Positions 25,055 to 34,643 of a DNA stretch of 64,000 bases are shown in pieces. Position numbers and translations under genes: made by a program. Source of the stretch: Clostridia bacterium (GTDB lineage: Bacteria; Bacillota; Clostridia; Christensenellales; Aristaeellaceae). The notes beneath the pieces were generated by a model. It did not search any database and had not been told where the DNA came from. It worked only from the letters and a program-made list of their open reading frames with translations. The stretch is from NCBI GenBank assembly GCA_017524615.1, contig JAFXVJ010000012.1, forward strand, positions 5,907 to 69,906, read 5' to 3'. Positions within the stretch are counted from its first letter, which is position 1. Every line of letters starts with the position of its first letter.

Positions 25055-27139
25055 GTGAGCAAGAATGCCGAAACAACCTCGCAGGTACTGATGGGGGATA
25101 CCCGGGGAATCCGGGAAATACCGGATACATTGCGCCGCGGCGCAAGGATGAGCCCGAAGCAGCTTCGTTACAGCCTGTTCATCGCCACCGTGCTGATTCT
25201 GGCGCTGATCACGCTGATCATTGTGTCGCAAGGCCGCGCCACTTCCATTCTGAAGGTGAATGAAAGCGCGGTGGTCATGCGGGAAGCGATGTCCGCCGAG
25301 CGGATCGAGCTGACCAACAAGCTGCAGCTGACGGATCGGTACGGAACGGCCACCATTGACGGCAAGCACCTGTACGTGCTGCAGGAAGTGGGCCAGCAGA
25401 CCGGCAAAGATTCCGACAAGCTGTACTGGCTCGTTTACTGCTCAGAGGATGAAGCCGCGGAATACGCGGCCGCCATGAAGAGCTATAAGCAGCTGATTCC
25501 CCTGGACGTGAAGGAAGGCAAGGGCCTCTATGTGGCCGTTTCCCAGAGAAATGTACTGGATGATACCATTGCGAAGCTGGAAAAGAAGGGGATTGAAGCG
25601 CATTTCATCTCTCTGGATGGATTGAGCGGCACGCCGGATCTGAGCGGGATCTCGGATGAGGACCGTGAAACGCTTGAAGAGATGCTGGGCGAACTGGCGA
25701 TCTATAATTTCGGATACGACTCCGACCAGGCGATCCGCCTCTCCCGCGGCAGCAAAGGCCAGATCGAGGAGATGGAGGGACGGAAAAATACCCTGCGCAT
25801 GATCCGCATGGCAATGATCGTCGTGTTGATTGCGGCGGCCACCGTTCTGACGATTCAGCTGAAGCGCGCCAACCGGGACGAAAACGCCAGCGCCGCGCCA
25901 AAACGCCGTCAGATCCGGATCATTACGCTGATCGTCGCCGGCGTGATGCTGATCGGCATTATGGTGATGACCGTTTGGATCAACCAGAAAAATGACGAGA
26001 TCGTGGTCATCAGCGACCTGACTGTCGCCACGGATCTGGCCACCGGCGCGGTATCTGAGGAAGAAACAGCTGAAGCGAACGGCGGGGTTCCCACCGAAAA
26101 ATTCTCCTATGTGATCGGCAAAGGCAACAACGCCAAAACCGTTACGGTGTCCTTCCCGGAGAAGCAGGGCGGGTTCGGCGTGTGGCGGATCATCTTCTAT
26201 GTATCGCTGGCGCTGCTGATCATGCTGGTGTTCGGTCTCCTCTATTATTTCCGCTATGAACGGGATCTGGGCTTCCCGACCTTCAATGTGATCATCCTGA
26301 TTTTCCTGATGTTCCTGACCTTGTATCCGGTACTGAATACCGTGGCCTACTCCTTCAATGACGGCACGGACGCGGCGCGCGGCGGGATCGGAATCTGGCC
26401 CCGGCAGTTCAGCACGGACAGCTACAAGCAGATCCTGACGCCCACCATCTACCGGGCCGCTGGCGTTTCCGGCGCGAAAACCATTATCACCACCGTGCTG
26501 AACCTTTTCTGGACCGGCATGCTGGCCTTCGCGCTGTCCAGAAAGGAATTCGTCCTGCGCAAGTTCATCACCCTGGTCATGGTGTTCACCATGTACATCA
26601 ACGCGGGCCTGATCCCGAACTTCCTGCTGATCACGAAAACACTCGGCCTGTCGGATTCGTTCTGGGTCTACATCATCCCCACCATGTTCTCGTGTTTCAA
26701 CATGATCATCATTCGAACCTACATCATGGGCCTGCCCAACGAGCTTGTGGAGTCGGCGCGGATCGACGGCGCGGGAGATCTTCGCATCTACTGGCAGATC
26801 ATCTTCCCCCTGTGCGCGCCGGTGCTGGCCACCGTGGCGCTGTTTGTGGCGGTCGGCGCCTGGAACTCCTGGTTTGACACGATGCTGTACATTCCGAACA
26901 ACCGTGAACTGGATACCCTGCAGTATTACCTGATGGGGAAGATCAACACGGCCGGACAGCAGTCCAACCTGGCGAACGGCAGTCTGGACGCAGCCAACGA
27001 GCTGGCGCGCCAGAGCGTATCGCCCAGAACCGTGCAGTGCGCCACCACCGTGGTGACCGCCCTGCCGATCCTGGTGATTTATCCCTTCCTGCAGCGGTAC
27101 TTCGTCACAGGTATGGCCTTGGGCAGCGTGAAGGGCTGA
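25055..27139 (+). CDS. sugar ABC transporter permease (LplC/MalG-type) fused to a ~409-aa N-terminal membrane-anchored extension of unknown function
   Basis: GTG start at 25055 with AAGGAGG 7 nt upstream. The C-terminal ~285 aa are a standard permease (FNVIILIFLMFLTLYPVLNTVAYSF..., EAA loop ESARIDGAGDLRIYWQIIFPL). The N-terminal part has four extra hydrophobic helices and a ~200-aa soluble segment. The whole gene is one uninterrupted frame. Confidence 0.8.
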   Translation: MSKNAETTSQVLMGDTRGIREIPDTLRRGARMSPKQLRYSLFIATVLILALITLIIVSQGRATSILKVNESAVVMREAMSAERIELTNKLQLTDRYGTATIDGKHLYVLQEVGQQTGKDSDKLYWLVYCSEDEAAEYAAAMKSYKQLIPLDVKEGKGLYVAVSQRNVLDDTIAKLEKKGIEAHFISLDGLSGTPDLSGISDEDRETLEEMLGELAIYNFGYDSDQAIRLSRGSKGQIEEMEGRKNTLRMIRMAMIVVLIAAATVLTIQLKRANRDENASAAPKRRQIRIITLIVAGVMLIGIMVMTVWINQKNDEIVVISDLTVATDLATGAVSEEETAEANGGVPTEKFSYVIGKGNNAKTVTVSFPEKQGGFGVWRIIFYVSLALLIMLVFGLLYYFRYERDLGFPTFNVIILIFLMFLTLYPVLNTVAYSFNDGTDAARGGIGIWPRQFSTDSYKQILTPTIYRAAGVSGAKTIITTVLNLFWTGMLAFALSRKEFVLRKFITLVMVFTMYINAGLIPNFLLITKTLGLSDSFWVYIIPTMFSCFNMIIIRTYIMGLPNELVESARIDGAGDLRIYWQIIFPLCAPVLATVALFVAVGAWNSWFDTMLYIPNNRELDTLQYYLMGKINTAGQQSNLANGSLDAANELARQSVSPRTVQCATTVVTALPILVIYPFLQRYFVTGMALGSVKG

Positions 27140-27173
27140 TATATTAGTGACGCGCTCGGATGGGAGAGGAAAC

Positions 27174-28109
27174 ATGGAAAAGAGAAAAGAAACTGTTGAA
27201 TCCGGCAGCGGCAGCCGCTTCCCGGACGGGTTTCGCATCCTGCAGGGCAAACAGGAATTCATCACCTATATGGAGCATTCCTCCATCCGGGTGTGGCCTT
27301 CGGATGTTGCATCCCATTTCGATCAGCACACCCATTCCGCCATCGAGATCATCCTGCCGCATCGCGGCGTGTCGGTGTATCATTTGCCCAATGAAACCTA
27401 CAGCGTCAATGCGGGCGAGGTGCTGATCATTCCCTCGGGCCAATCGCACGCCCTGACGGAAAACCGGGATACCCAGCGATATTTGTTGCTGTTTGAACCC
27501 AATCCGCTCATGAGCCTCCGGGATATTCCCAGCATCAGCCCGCTGATGCAGCAGCCGCTGTACTTGCATGACAATTCCGAATTGCAGGATCAGGTGAACG
27601 ATCTGCTGATGCAATTGGTGAACTGTTATTTTCAGCGGGAGCCCATGTGGAACACCCAGTGCTATTCCTACCTGCTGCAAATGTACGCCCTTCTGGGACG
27701 GCATTACCTGCAGGCCACCGCGCCCCAGCAGTACGCCGGACGGCGCAGCATTGATCCCGCCATCATGAACAGCGCTGTCACCTACATCAACGAGCACTAT
27801 ATGGATGACATTTCCCTGGAACAGGTGGCGGTGTTCGCCGGCTTCTCCAAGTACTATTTTTCCCGAGTGTTCAAGCAGTTTTCCGGCATGTCTTTTCTGG
27901 ATTTCCTGACCAATAAGCGCTTGAACGTGGCCTCCGACCTGCTGGTGAGGACCAATCAATCCATCCGGGAGATTGCGGCTTCTTCGGGATTCGGCAGTAT
28001 GGCCACCTTCAACCGCGTGTTCCGCGAACGCAAAAACTGCACCCCCACCCAGTATCGGGCCATCTACAGCACGGTGCTGGGGCCCAATACCGGCCGGGCC
28101 ATCTTTTGA
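27174..28109 (+). CDS. AraC family transcriptional regulator (cupin sensor plus HTH)
   Basis: Start at the ATG at 27174 (GGGAGAGGAAAC upstream). The C-terminal AraC HTH reads LEQVAVFAGFSKYYFSRVFKQFSGMSFLDFLTNKRL...IREIAASSGFGSMATFNRVFRE. Confidence 0.88.
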   Translation: MEKRKETVESGSGSRFPDGFRILQGKQEFITYMEHSSIRVWPSDVASHFDQHTHSAIEIILPHRGVSVYHLPNETYSVNAGEVLIIPSGQSHALTENRDTQRYLLLFEPNPLMSLRDIPSISPLMQQPLYLHDNSELQDQVNDLLMQLVNCYFQREPMWNTQCYSYLLQMYALLGRHYLQATAPQQYAGRRSIDPAIMNSAVTYINEHYMDDISLEQVAVFAGFSKYYFSRVFKQFSGMSFLDFLTNKRLNVASDLLVRTNQSIREIAASSGFGSMATFNRVFRERKNCTPTQYRAIYSTVLGPNTGRAIF

Positions 28110-28178
28110 CAGGACGGGCGAGAGGCGGCAGGAGGTTTCTTCATCCCTCTGAACCAGAAAGCCCGCCTCCCGGAAAAA

Positions 28179-28238
28179 CAGGGTTCCCGCTGGCGGAGAA
28201 AGCTTGCTTTCTCCCCGCGCGGGAGCCCTGTTTATTTG
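28179..28238 (+). terminator. intrinsic terminator after the araC-family gene
   Basis: 12-bp outer stem CAGGGTTCCCGC/GCGGGAGCCCTG and 8-bp inner stem GGAGAAAG/CTTTCTCC, followed by TTTATTTGG. Confidence 0.7.
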
Positions 28239-28507
28239 GTTCTTCACGGTTTGTCAGGGAAACGAGAAGCCTTCGGTGTCATCCCGCGTCCAGAACGCAG
28301 TGAAGGACCTGAAGCCGGGAGGCGAAGCGAAAACCTTTCGGTGTCATCCCGAGCGCAGCGAAGCCGAAAGGCGAAGCGAGCCGAGGGATCTATGTATGAA
28401 TCGTTCAACCAGCAAACAGATCTTTCGACTCCGTTCCGCTCCCGCTCCACGCCGCTCAAGATGACAGGAATGATCGTTTCTTTCCCCCTGACGTTCCGGG
28501 AAGAATC
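28239..28507 (+). repeat. structured intergenic repeat, copy B (about 270 bp, with an internal ~62-bp partial duplication)
   Basis: Same blocks and orientation as 11749-11947. The module ccttcggtgtcatcccg...ggcgaagcg occurs twice in tandem (28270-28329 and 28334-28378). Confidence 0.8.
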
Positions 28508-28594
28508 GTTTTTCCGGGATCGTTTTGCACACCGGTACGGCAGCTGCATGCCCCGGTGGCTGCCCTATAACAGCCAGGTTTGCCCTCCCGCCTG

Positions 28595-28759
28595 TCAGTC
28601 CTCATCATCGGGCTGGAAATCATCGTCCCCCGGCAATGGATCAGCGCGCTGCGCGGCGCCGGACCAATCGTTGTCCGGGCGGTTGCTGACCAGGGCGAAC
28701 AGGCCCCGCTTTTTCCAGGTATCCCGGGATTTTTTCCGGGATGCGCCTGAATTTTCCAT
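28595..28759 (-). CDS. hypothetical small protein (54 aa, basic N-terminus, acidic C-terminus)
   Basis: ATG at 28759 preceded by GGAGGAAAGGAAGGGATTTCAGC. Third-codon positions are GC-rich like the neighbouring genes. MENSGASRKKSRDTWKKRGLFALVSNRPDNDWSGAAQRADPLPGDDDFQPDDED. No family recognised. Confidence 0.4.
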   Translation of the reverse strand: MENSGASRKKSRDTWKKRGLFALVSNRPDNDWSGAAQRADPLPGDDDFQPDDED

Positions 28760-28851
28760 GCTGAAATCCCTTCCTTTCCTCCGTGATGCAGGCATATTTT
28801 GCGGAAAAACGGTACAGTTTATTCCGTAGAAACGGAAGGAGGAAGCACGAA

Positions 28852-29376
28852 ATGAAAAAGGTGCTGACGGTGATTGTGTGGCTGGGCCTGGGCTGGAGCC
28901 TGCTGACGATGCTGGGGCTGATGAACCAGCGGACGGACCTGCGGCAGGAGGTAAAAAACGCGCAGCGAAAATACGATGCGCTCAAAATCCTGTATGATCA
29001 GGCCAAGGAGGATTATACAGAACAGGAGGCCGCCTGGCAGGAGAAGAGCGAGGCGTGGGAAGCGCTGGAAAAGGAAAATGAAACGCTTCGGAAGGCAGAC
29101 GAAACATTTACCCGGGAGAATGAAGGGCTGAAGCAGGAAAACGAAGCCCTGCGCCGGGAAACCGCCGCCCTGGTCCAGGCGCAGGATCAGGCCCAACGGG
29201 AGTGGGAGGCGCAGCTGCGGCAGCTGTCGGAGAACAGGGATCAGGCGGAGCAGCGGCTGAACGATGTGCTGGCGCTGCTGCTGCCCGCGGCGGAGGAAAC
29301 GGCGGCGGAGCCGGCGCGCGTGCCGGCCGACAGCGCCGATATGGATCGGGAGCCTGCCCTTGAGGAGGCCCCGTAA
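28852..29376 (+). CDS. membrane-anchored coiled-coil protein, function unknown
   Basis: ATG at 28852 with GGAAGGAGGAAGCACGAA upstream. N-terminal TM helix VLTVIVWLGLGWSLLTMLGL, then a heptad-like E/Q/K/A-rich region of about 110 aa. Confidence 0.65.
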   Translation: MKKVLTVIVWLGLGWSLLTMLGLMNQRTDLRQEVKNAQRKYDALKILYDQAKEDYTEQEAAWQEKSEAWEALEKENETLRKADETFTRENEGLKQENEALRRETAALVQAQDQAQREWEAQLRQLSENRDQAEQRLNDVLALLLPAAEETAAEPARVPADSADMDREPALEEAP

Positions 29377-29554
29377 CTGGATCGGAGAAGGCAAATCCGG
29401 TCGGAAAGCCCGAATCACCTTGGACAGAATAAGCAGATTTGATTTTTTCCCCCTGAAAGAAGAACAGCGCAAAAAACGGCGCGGCTTTCATGCCTGATCG
29501 GCAGAAAACCACGCCGTTTCGCGTTGTCGGTTCACACGTTTTGGGCAGTCCGGG

Positions 29555-31102
29555 TCATTCGCTCCATTCCACCCAGCAGGTCAGGGCCACGTCCCCGCTG
29601 CCCAGGATGGCCAGAAGATCTTCCCGGGTCACCCCACCGATCCGGCCAAGGCGGGTGAAATCTCCCGAGTTTGCATCGTAACAGACGGCGATTTGGCTGC
29701 CCTGGCACAGGATCACGTCCCCGGGCGCCACGGTGATGGCGGCATCGTTTCGGGGCAGGGGCCAGGGCAGAGGCCCCGCCTTTTCAAAATGGCCGTCATC
29801 GTGCATTTGCAGCGTGACGGGCTCTTCCTGAAGCTTTTCCACCAGCGCCGCTGCCGAGGGATTCTCCTCCGGCGTCAGGGTCACGCGGCGGCCGTTGGCC
29901 TCCAGGACCAGCAAGGGAACGGGCCGGATGGAAGCGGCCCTTTGTTCGTCGCACGCCAGGCCCTGCATTCCGTCAAACAGGCGCTGAATATCCGCGGAAA
30001 AGCCCTGATACCCTTCGGGGAAGCGATTGTTTCCGGTGGCGCAGACAACGCCGCCGTTTTCATATTCGATTTCCAGGCGGAAGCGCTCCCCGGTCCCATT
30101 TTCCGGCGCCTGCCCGTCAAATCCGTCCCAGCACAGGAGACCGTACCGGTCCACCAGTTCCCGGACCCCTTCCAGCAGCTTCGCTGGCGCGGCTGTTCCT
30201 TCGCGTTCGTTGATGGCGCAATCATAGCCGCCGTCATCGCGCAGCTGAAGGGCGTATGAGACGGATGGCAATGCACCTTCGTGCGAAAAAAAGAACCGGG
30301 TCATCCTGTCCCCGGTCATGGATTGCGGCTCCTCCGTTCGGGGCAACCCCGCGGGGGCTTGCTCCCTTTTCTCCAGCAGCCTGACGTTGTAATCGCTGTC
30401 GATTTCCAGGATGTAGACCGTGGACGGCACAGCTTCCAGCGGCGTCAGTGGGCCGGACATCTCGATATACAGCTCCACTGTGCCGGGGATCCTGCCCCGG
30501 AATTCCATGGTCTCTTCATAGGCCGAGCCCGGCGCCGGGGGGTCATGGGGCTCAGGATACTGGATCCGGCTGCTCCATGCCAGCTTTTCCGGGGCGGAAA
30601 TGACCGGATGGAAGGAGGGACCTCCGCCGCTGAAGGAGGAAAAGGTCAGGGAGAAGGTTTCCCTGTCCCGGACGGTGTAACTCTCCAGAAAGCAGCTGAT
30701 CCCCTGCAGGATTTCGCCGCTGTCTTCCTTGCTGTTGCTGAGGGTGAATTCACTGCCGTCGGCATAGATGATCGTTACGCGCCGCGTGGGGGCGTCCAGG
30801 GCGAATTCTTCCCTTTCAGGAAAACCGTCCCAGGTGTCCGGCTGAAGCGCGGCCACATACGCGTCCAGATCCTCCAGATCGCTCCGGGAAACGGCGATGG
30901 CGGACGTACTGCCGTTTTCCTGCACGGTCAGCGTGCTTTCCCGGCGATCCGGCCCGGCGGTGAGCGTCATGAACGTGCTTTGATTTTCCATGCCGCCGTA
31001 AACCGCGTATTCGCAGGATATCAGATCCCCATGCTCTTCCCCGCGGACGCAGGAGAAGGGGAGCAGGAGAAGAAACGCGCACAGGATCAGCATGCTTTTC
31101 AT
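29555..31102 (-). CDS. secreted multidomain protein with a C-terminal cyclophilin-like (PF18050-like) domain
   Basis: Start trimmed to the ATG at 31102 (AAAGGAG 7 nt upstream). Signal peptide MKSMLILCAFLLLLPFSCVRG. The C-terminus LVLEANGRRVTLTPEENPSAAALVEKLQEEPVTLQMHD...APGDVILCQGSQIAVCYDANSGDFTRLGRI matches, from memory, the cyclophilin-like-fold small-domain family. Confidence 0.6.
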   Translation of the reverse strand: MKSMLILCAFLLLLPFSCVRGEEHGDLISCEYAVYGGMENQSTFMTLTAGPDRRESTLTVQENGSTSAIAVSRSDLEDLDAYVAALQPDTWDGFPEREEFALDAPTRRVTIIYADGSEFTLSNSKEDSGEILQGISCFLESYTVRDRETFSLTFSSFSGGGPSFHPVISAPEKLAWSSRIQYPEPHDPPAPGSAYEETMEFRGRIPGTVELYIEMSGPLTPLEAVPSTVYILEIDSDYNVRLLEKREQAPAGLPRTEEPQSMTGDRMTRFFFSHEGALPSVSYALQLRDDGGYDCAINEREGTAAPAKLLEGVRELVDRYGLLCWDGFDGQAPENGTGERFRLEIEYENGGVVCATGNNRFPEGYQGFSADIQRLFDGMQGLACDEQRAASIRPVPLLVLEANGRRVTLTPEENPSAAALVEKLQEEPVTLQMHDDGHFEKAGPLPWPLPRNDAAITVAPGDVILCQGSQIAVCYDANSGDFTRLGRIGGVTREDLLAILGSGDVALTCWVEWSE

Positions 31103-31142
31103 GGGGATGCTCCTTTCTCGGATCCTTCCGGAGGGGCGGCCG

Positions 31143-31961
31143 TCAGTGCGCCAGAAAGAAGGCGACTTCCCGTTCCTTGGCTTCCTGGCGGGCAGCGCCC
31201 ATGAATCCATGGTTCTGCCCCGGCATCACGATCAGCTCCGCCGAGGCATATACATCCAGCGCCCGCTGGGAATACTTCAGCGGCACGATGCTGTCCCGAT
31301 CCCCGTGAAGGATCAGCACGTCCCCGGTGTAGGCGCCGATCACATCATAAATATCGAAGGAAACAGCGTCTTCGCTGTAAATGCGGCCGATGGTCACCGT
31401 CATGAGTTTGCTCGTTTCGGGGAAAGAGCCATCCTCCGCCGCCCGGGCCCGGGCATCATCCTGCAAAACGAACGCGGGAAATTCCAGCACCACGGCGTCC
31501 ACATCCTGGGGACGCTGGGCCGCGGTGTAGGCGGATACGAACCCGCCCTGGCTGGAGCCCCAAAGGAAGATTTTGCTGAAACGGGCGTCCTCCGAAAAAT
31601 GATCCAGGATGGCGTTCAGGTCCCTCGCCTCGGTCAGCACGGACATTTCCAGCATCGTGCCGTCGCTCCTGGATCCGAACCCGCCCCCGCAGAAATCGAA
31701 ATTGAAGGTGGCAAGGCCCTGGGACAGGAAATAATCGGCGTAATCCTGATTGCCCTGCAGGTTCCCGCCAAATCCGTGGCACAGGATCACCAGCGGCAGG
31801 GGGCCCTCCGCTTCGGGGATTGCCAACTCCCCATAGATGTTTCCCAGCGATCCCTGAATAAGCAATTCATTTTTTTCGATTTTCATGTCTGCCGCCTCCG
31901 CTCCTGTCAGGGCGCCCGCGAGCCATACGCCGATCAGCGCAAAAAAGATCCATCGCTTCAT
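31143..31961 (-). CDS. secreted alpha/beta hydrolase (esterase/lipase-like)
   Basis: Preferred start is the ATG at 31961 (MKRWIFFALIGVWLAGALTGAEA signal peptide). Nucleophile elbow GSSQGG, HG oxyanion motif LCHGFGG, and LHGDRD...NHGF supplying the catalytic Asp and His. Confidence 0.8.
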   Translation of the reverse strand: MKRWIFFALIGVWLAGALTGAEAADMKIEKNELLIQGSLGNIYGELAIPEAEGPLPLVILCHGFGGNLQGNQDYADYFLSQGLATFNFDFCGGGFGSRSDGTMLEMSVLTEARDLNAILDHFSEDARFSKIFLWGSSQGGFVSAYTAAQRPQDVDAVVLEFPAFVLQDDARARAAEDGSFPETSKLMTVTIGRIYSEDAVSFDIYDVIGAYTGDVLILHGDRDSIVPLKYSQRALDVYASAELIVMPGQNHGFMGAARQEAKEREVAFFLAH

Positions 31962-32115
31962 GAGCTCACCCCATCCTTTCACGGAGGATTATACCATAAA
32001 CGCCTTGTTTTCTCAATGGGGGCGGAAAAAAACACCCGATGGAGGACGCCGGCGAAAGAATGCAGCACAGAAATCTCTTTCGGAAATCATGGGACAAACT
32101 GGAAGGAATTGGCGG

Positions 32116-33117
32116 ATGACAGGCAGAATAATATATCAGTTTATTTGCGCACAGCCGAACACCGGGGAGGGAAAAGGCTTGGAAAGACTCACGGAAGTGC
32201 TTCGCATCGTCCTGCCTGTGGTGGTGATGCTGCTATTGGGCATGCTGTGCCGCAGAAAAGCGCTGATCACCCGGAACGGCATCGACGCGCTGAAAACCGT
32301 GGCGGTGCAGATCGGCTTGCCGGCGGTGCTGCTGCATACCTTTGCCGCGGCGGAGTACTCCTGGGCCACGCTGGTGGTGCCGCTGATCATGTTCCTGGTG
32401 TGTGTGCTTGGATGGCTGCTGGGGAAGTGGCTGGGCGGCGCGCTGGGCATGAAAAACCGCTTTGTGCCGTTTTTGACCACCGGCTTTGAGGCGGGCATGC
32501 TGGGATATGCGCTGTTTACGCTGCTCTATGGCAGCGAGCGGCTGCCGGATTTTGCGCGGATCGATTTGGGACAGGTGCTGTTCGTGTTCACGCTGTACAA
32601 GGCGCTGCTGGGGAGGGGAGAACCGCACACCCGGGATGAAGGTGATATGCGGCGGCTGCTGAAGGAAATGATCCTGTCGCCCATCATCCTGGCCATCCTG
32701 GCGGGGGTGATTCTGGGGGTGTCGGGTGCGTACCAGGCGCTGGTCCCCTCCGGCGCAGCGGACGTGCTGGACGCCTGCACGGATTTTCTTTCAGCCCCGG
32801 TCAGCGCGCTGATCCTTTTGTCCATCGGCTACGATCTGGTGTTCCGTGACATCCCCTGGGCGGAAACGCTGAAGGCGGCCGGGCTGCGCCTGGGCGTGAT
32901 GGCCGCGCTGGGCGGGTGTGTGCTGCTGCTGTTTCATCTGCTGTGGCCCCAGGCCCAGTGGGATCGGGCGGTGTGGCTCATGTTCCTGCTGCCGCCGCCC
33001 TATGTGCTGCCCGTGTTTTCCACGGATGAAGGCCAGCGGGTGTATCTTTCTTCCGCCTTATCCGTTTCCACGCTGATCACCCTGGCGGGGTTCGTCCTGC
33101 TGGCGGTCATTGGCTGA
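32116..33117 (+). CDS. AEC (auxin efflux carrier) family transporter
   Basis: Multi-pass membrane protein, LRIVLPVVVMLLLGMLCRRKALITRNGIDALKTVAVQIGLPAVL..., typical of AEC/Mem_trans. The start is uncertain: ATG at 32116, or TTG at 32179 preceded by GGGGAGGG. Confidence 0.7.
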   Translation: MTGRIIYQFICAQPNTGEGKGLERLTEVLRIVLPVVVMLLLGMLCRRKALITRNGIDALKTVAVQIGLPAVLLHTFAAAEYSWATLVVPLIMFLVCVLGWLLGKWLGGALGMKNRFVPFLTTGFEAGMLGYALFTLLYGSERLPDFARIDLGQVLFVFTLYKALLGRGEPHTRDEGDMRRLLKEMILSPIILAILAGVILGVSGAYQALVPSGAADVLDACTDFLSAPVSALILLSIGYDLVFRDIPWAETLKAAGLRLGVMAALGGCVLLLFHLLWPQAQWDRAVWLMFLLPPPYVLPVFSTDEGQRVYLSSALSVSTLITLAGFVLLAVIG

Positions 33118-33166
33118 TGATACAGATCTTGCTGACTTTGAACGAACCACAAAGGAGGAACCCATT

Positions 33167-34306
33167 ATGAAATACCGGATCATGGGAAAACTGGGGATTC
33201 AGACCTCTGCTTTCGGCCTGGGCTGTATGCGTTTCAACGGCGCCGCCTCCGGCGACAGCGTCATTGACGAGGACAAGGCCATTTCGCTCATCCGCCGGGC
33301 CGTTGACGGAGGCGTGACCTACTTGGACACCGCTTATGTCTACCTGGACAAAACCTCTGAAACCGTGCTGGGCAAGGCTTTACGGGACGGCTATCGGGAC
33401 AGGGTGACCATCGCCACCAAAATGCCCGCCGAGTATGTGCACAACCGGGCGGAGATGGAAGCGCTGCTGGACAGCGAACTGAAAAAACTGCAGACGGATC
33501 ATATCGATTTTTATCTGATGCACGGCATCAACAAAGAAAAATGGCTGTACTTTCAATCCATCGGTGCGCCAGCGTTTTTTGACGACATGAAAAAAGCGGG
33601 AAAGATCCGCTACAAGTGCTTCTCTTTCCACGGGCCTTATGAGGATTTTGAATATATCCTCAATGATTGGGACTGGGATATGGTGCAGATCCAGTACAAC
33701 TTTATGGACATTCACAACCAGGCGGGCACCAAAGGGCTGGAGCTGGCCGGGAAAAAGGGCATCCCGGTGGTGATCATGGAAGGGCTTCTGGGCGGAAGGC
33801 TGTCCAGGGCGCCCGGCAATGTGCAGGCGCTCTATGACGCTTTCCCCGTGAAGCGTACGCCGGTGGAATGGGCCTTCCGCTGGCTGTGCAACCATCCGGA
33901 GGTGTCCGTTGTGCTCTCCGGCTGCAACGAGCCGGAACAGATCGACGACAATCTGCGCATCTTTGATACGGTGGAAAGCGGCATCATGACCGAAGAGGAG
34001 CTGAAGCTGATGGACAGCGTGCGCGCGGCGTACCTCAGCCGTACCAGGATCGGCTGCACCGGCTGCCGCTACTGTATGCCATGCCCCAACGGCGTTGACA
34101 TTCCCGGCGTTTTTTCGTCCTGGAATGAAGTGTCGCTGTACGATACCAACCCCAAATGGGACTGGGGCCTGCGCCAGATCAGGGAGAAGGGAAGCGGAGC
34201 GGACCAGTGCGTCGGCTGCGGCGCCTGCGAAGCGGCCTGCCCGCAGCACCTGAGCATCATCGACGGCCTGCAGCGGGCCTGGAAGGAACTGCAGGCGGAT
34301 GAATGA
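33167..34306 (+). CDS. aldo/keto reductase with a C-terminal 4Fe-4S ferredoxin-type domain
   Basis: ATG at 33167 with AAAGGAGG upstream. AKR N-terminus GLGCMRF...YLDTAYVY. C-terminal cysteine clusters CTGCRYCMPCP and CVGCGACEAACP. Confidence 0.85.
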   Translation: MKYRIMGKLGIQTSAFGLGCMRFNGAASGDSVIDEDKAISLIRRAVDGGVTYLDTAYVYLDKTSETVLGKALRDGYRDRVTIATKMPAEYVHNRAEMEALLDSELKKLQTDHIDFYLMHGINKEKWLYFQSIGAPAFFDDMKKAGKIRYKCFSFHGPYEDFEYILNDWDWDMVQIQYNFMDIHNQAGTKGLELAGKKGIPVVIMEGLLGGRLSRAPGNVQALYDAFPVKRTPVEWAFRWLCNHPEVSVVLSGCNEPEQIDDNLRIFDTVESGIMTEEELKLMDSVRAAYLSRTRIGCTGCRYCMPCPNGVDIPGVFSSWNEVSLYDTNPKWDWGLRQIREKGSGADQCVGCGACEAACPQHLSIIDGLQRAWKELQADE

Positions 34307-34467
34307 TGCTGCGACTATTCCTATTGCGCATATTATAAAGTCCTGAATCTCCGGGTTTTCCGCGCATGCGTTGCTTCAAACGCCCAGCGCATGCGCTTTG
34401 GCGCGGGATGAACGCAGGCTGGATGACGCTTTTTGTCAGGTCATCTGGCCTTTTTGTATCCTTCATC

Positions 34468-34496
34468 TTGCGATGGGAAAAGCTGTCTGGTATAAT
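34468..34496 (+). promoter_or_regulatory. sigma-A-type promoter of galT
   Basis: TTGCGA, a 17-nt spacer, then TATAAT. This leaves a leader of about 140 nt. Confidence 0.6.
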
Positions 34497-34643
34497 TAAT
34501 GAAGAAAGCGCAGCTTTCTGCCCCGGCAGGCCGGAATGGGAGCACGCCGGGCATTATGGCATAACAGATGCAGGTGATGGACGGTTCCCCGGGCATGACG
34601 CGTCCGGCGGACCGATACCGAGAAAAGCAGGGGAGGCACGACC

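Noticed and set aside
28641-28985. 114-aa minus-strand ORF overlapping the start of the coiled-coil gene.
   Set aside because: It has no RBS and an odd composition. It overlaps both the better-supported plus-strand gene (28852-29376) and the small minus-strand ORF 28595-28759 in another frame.
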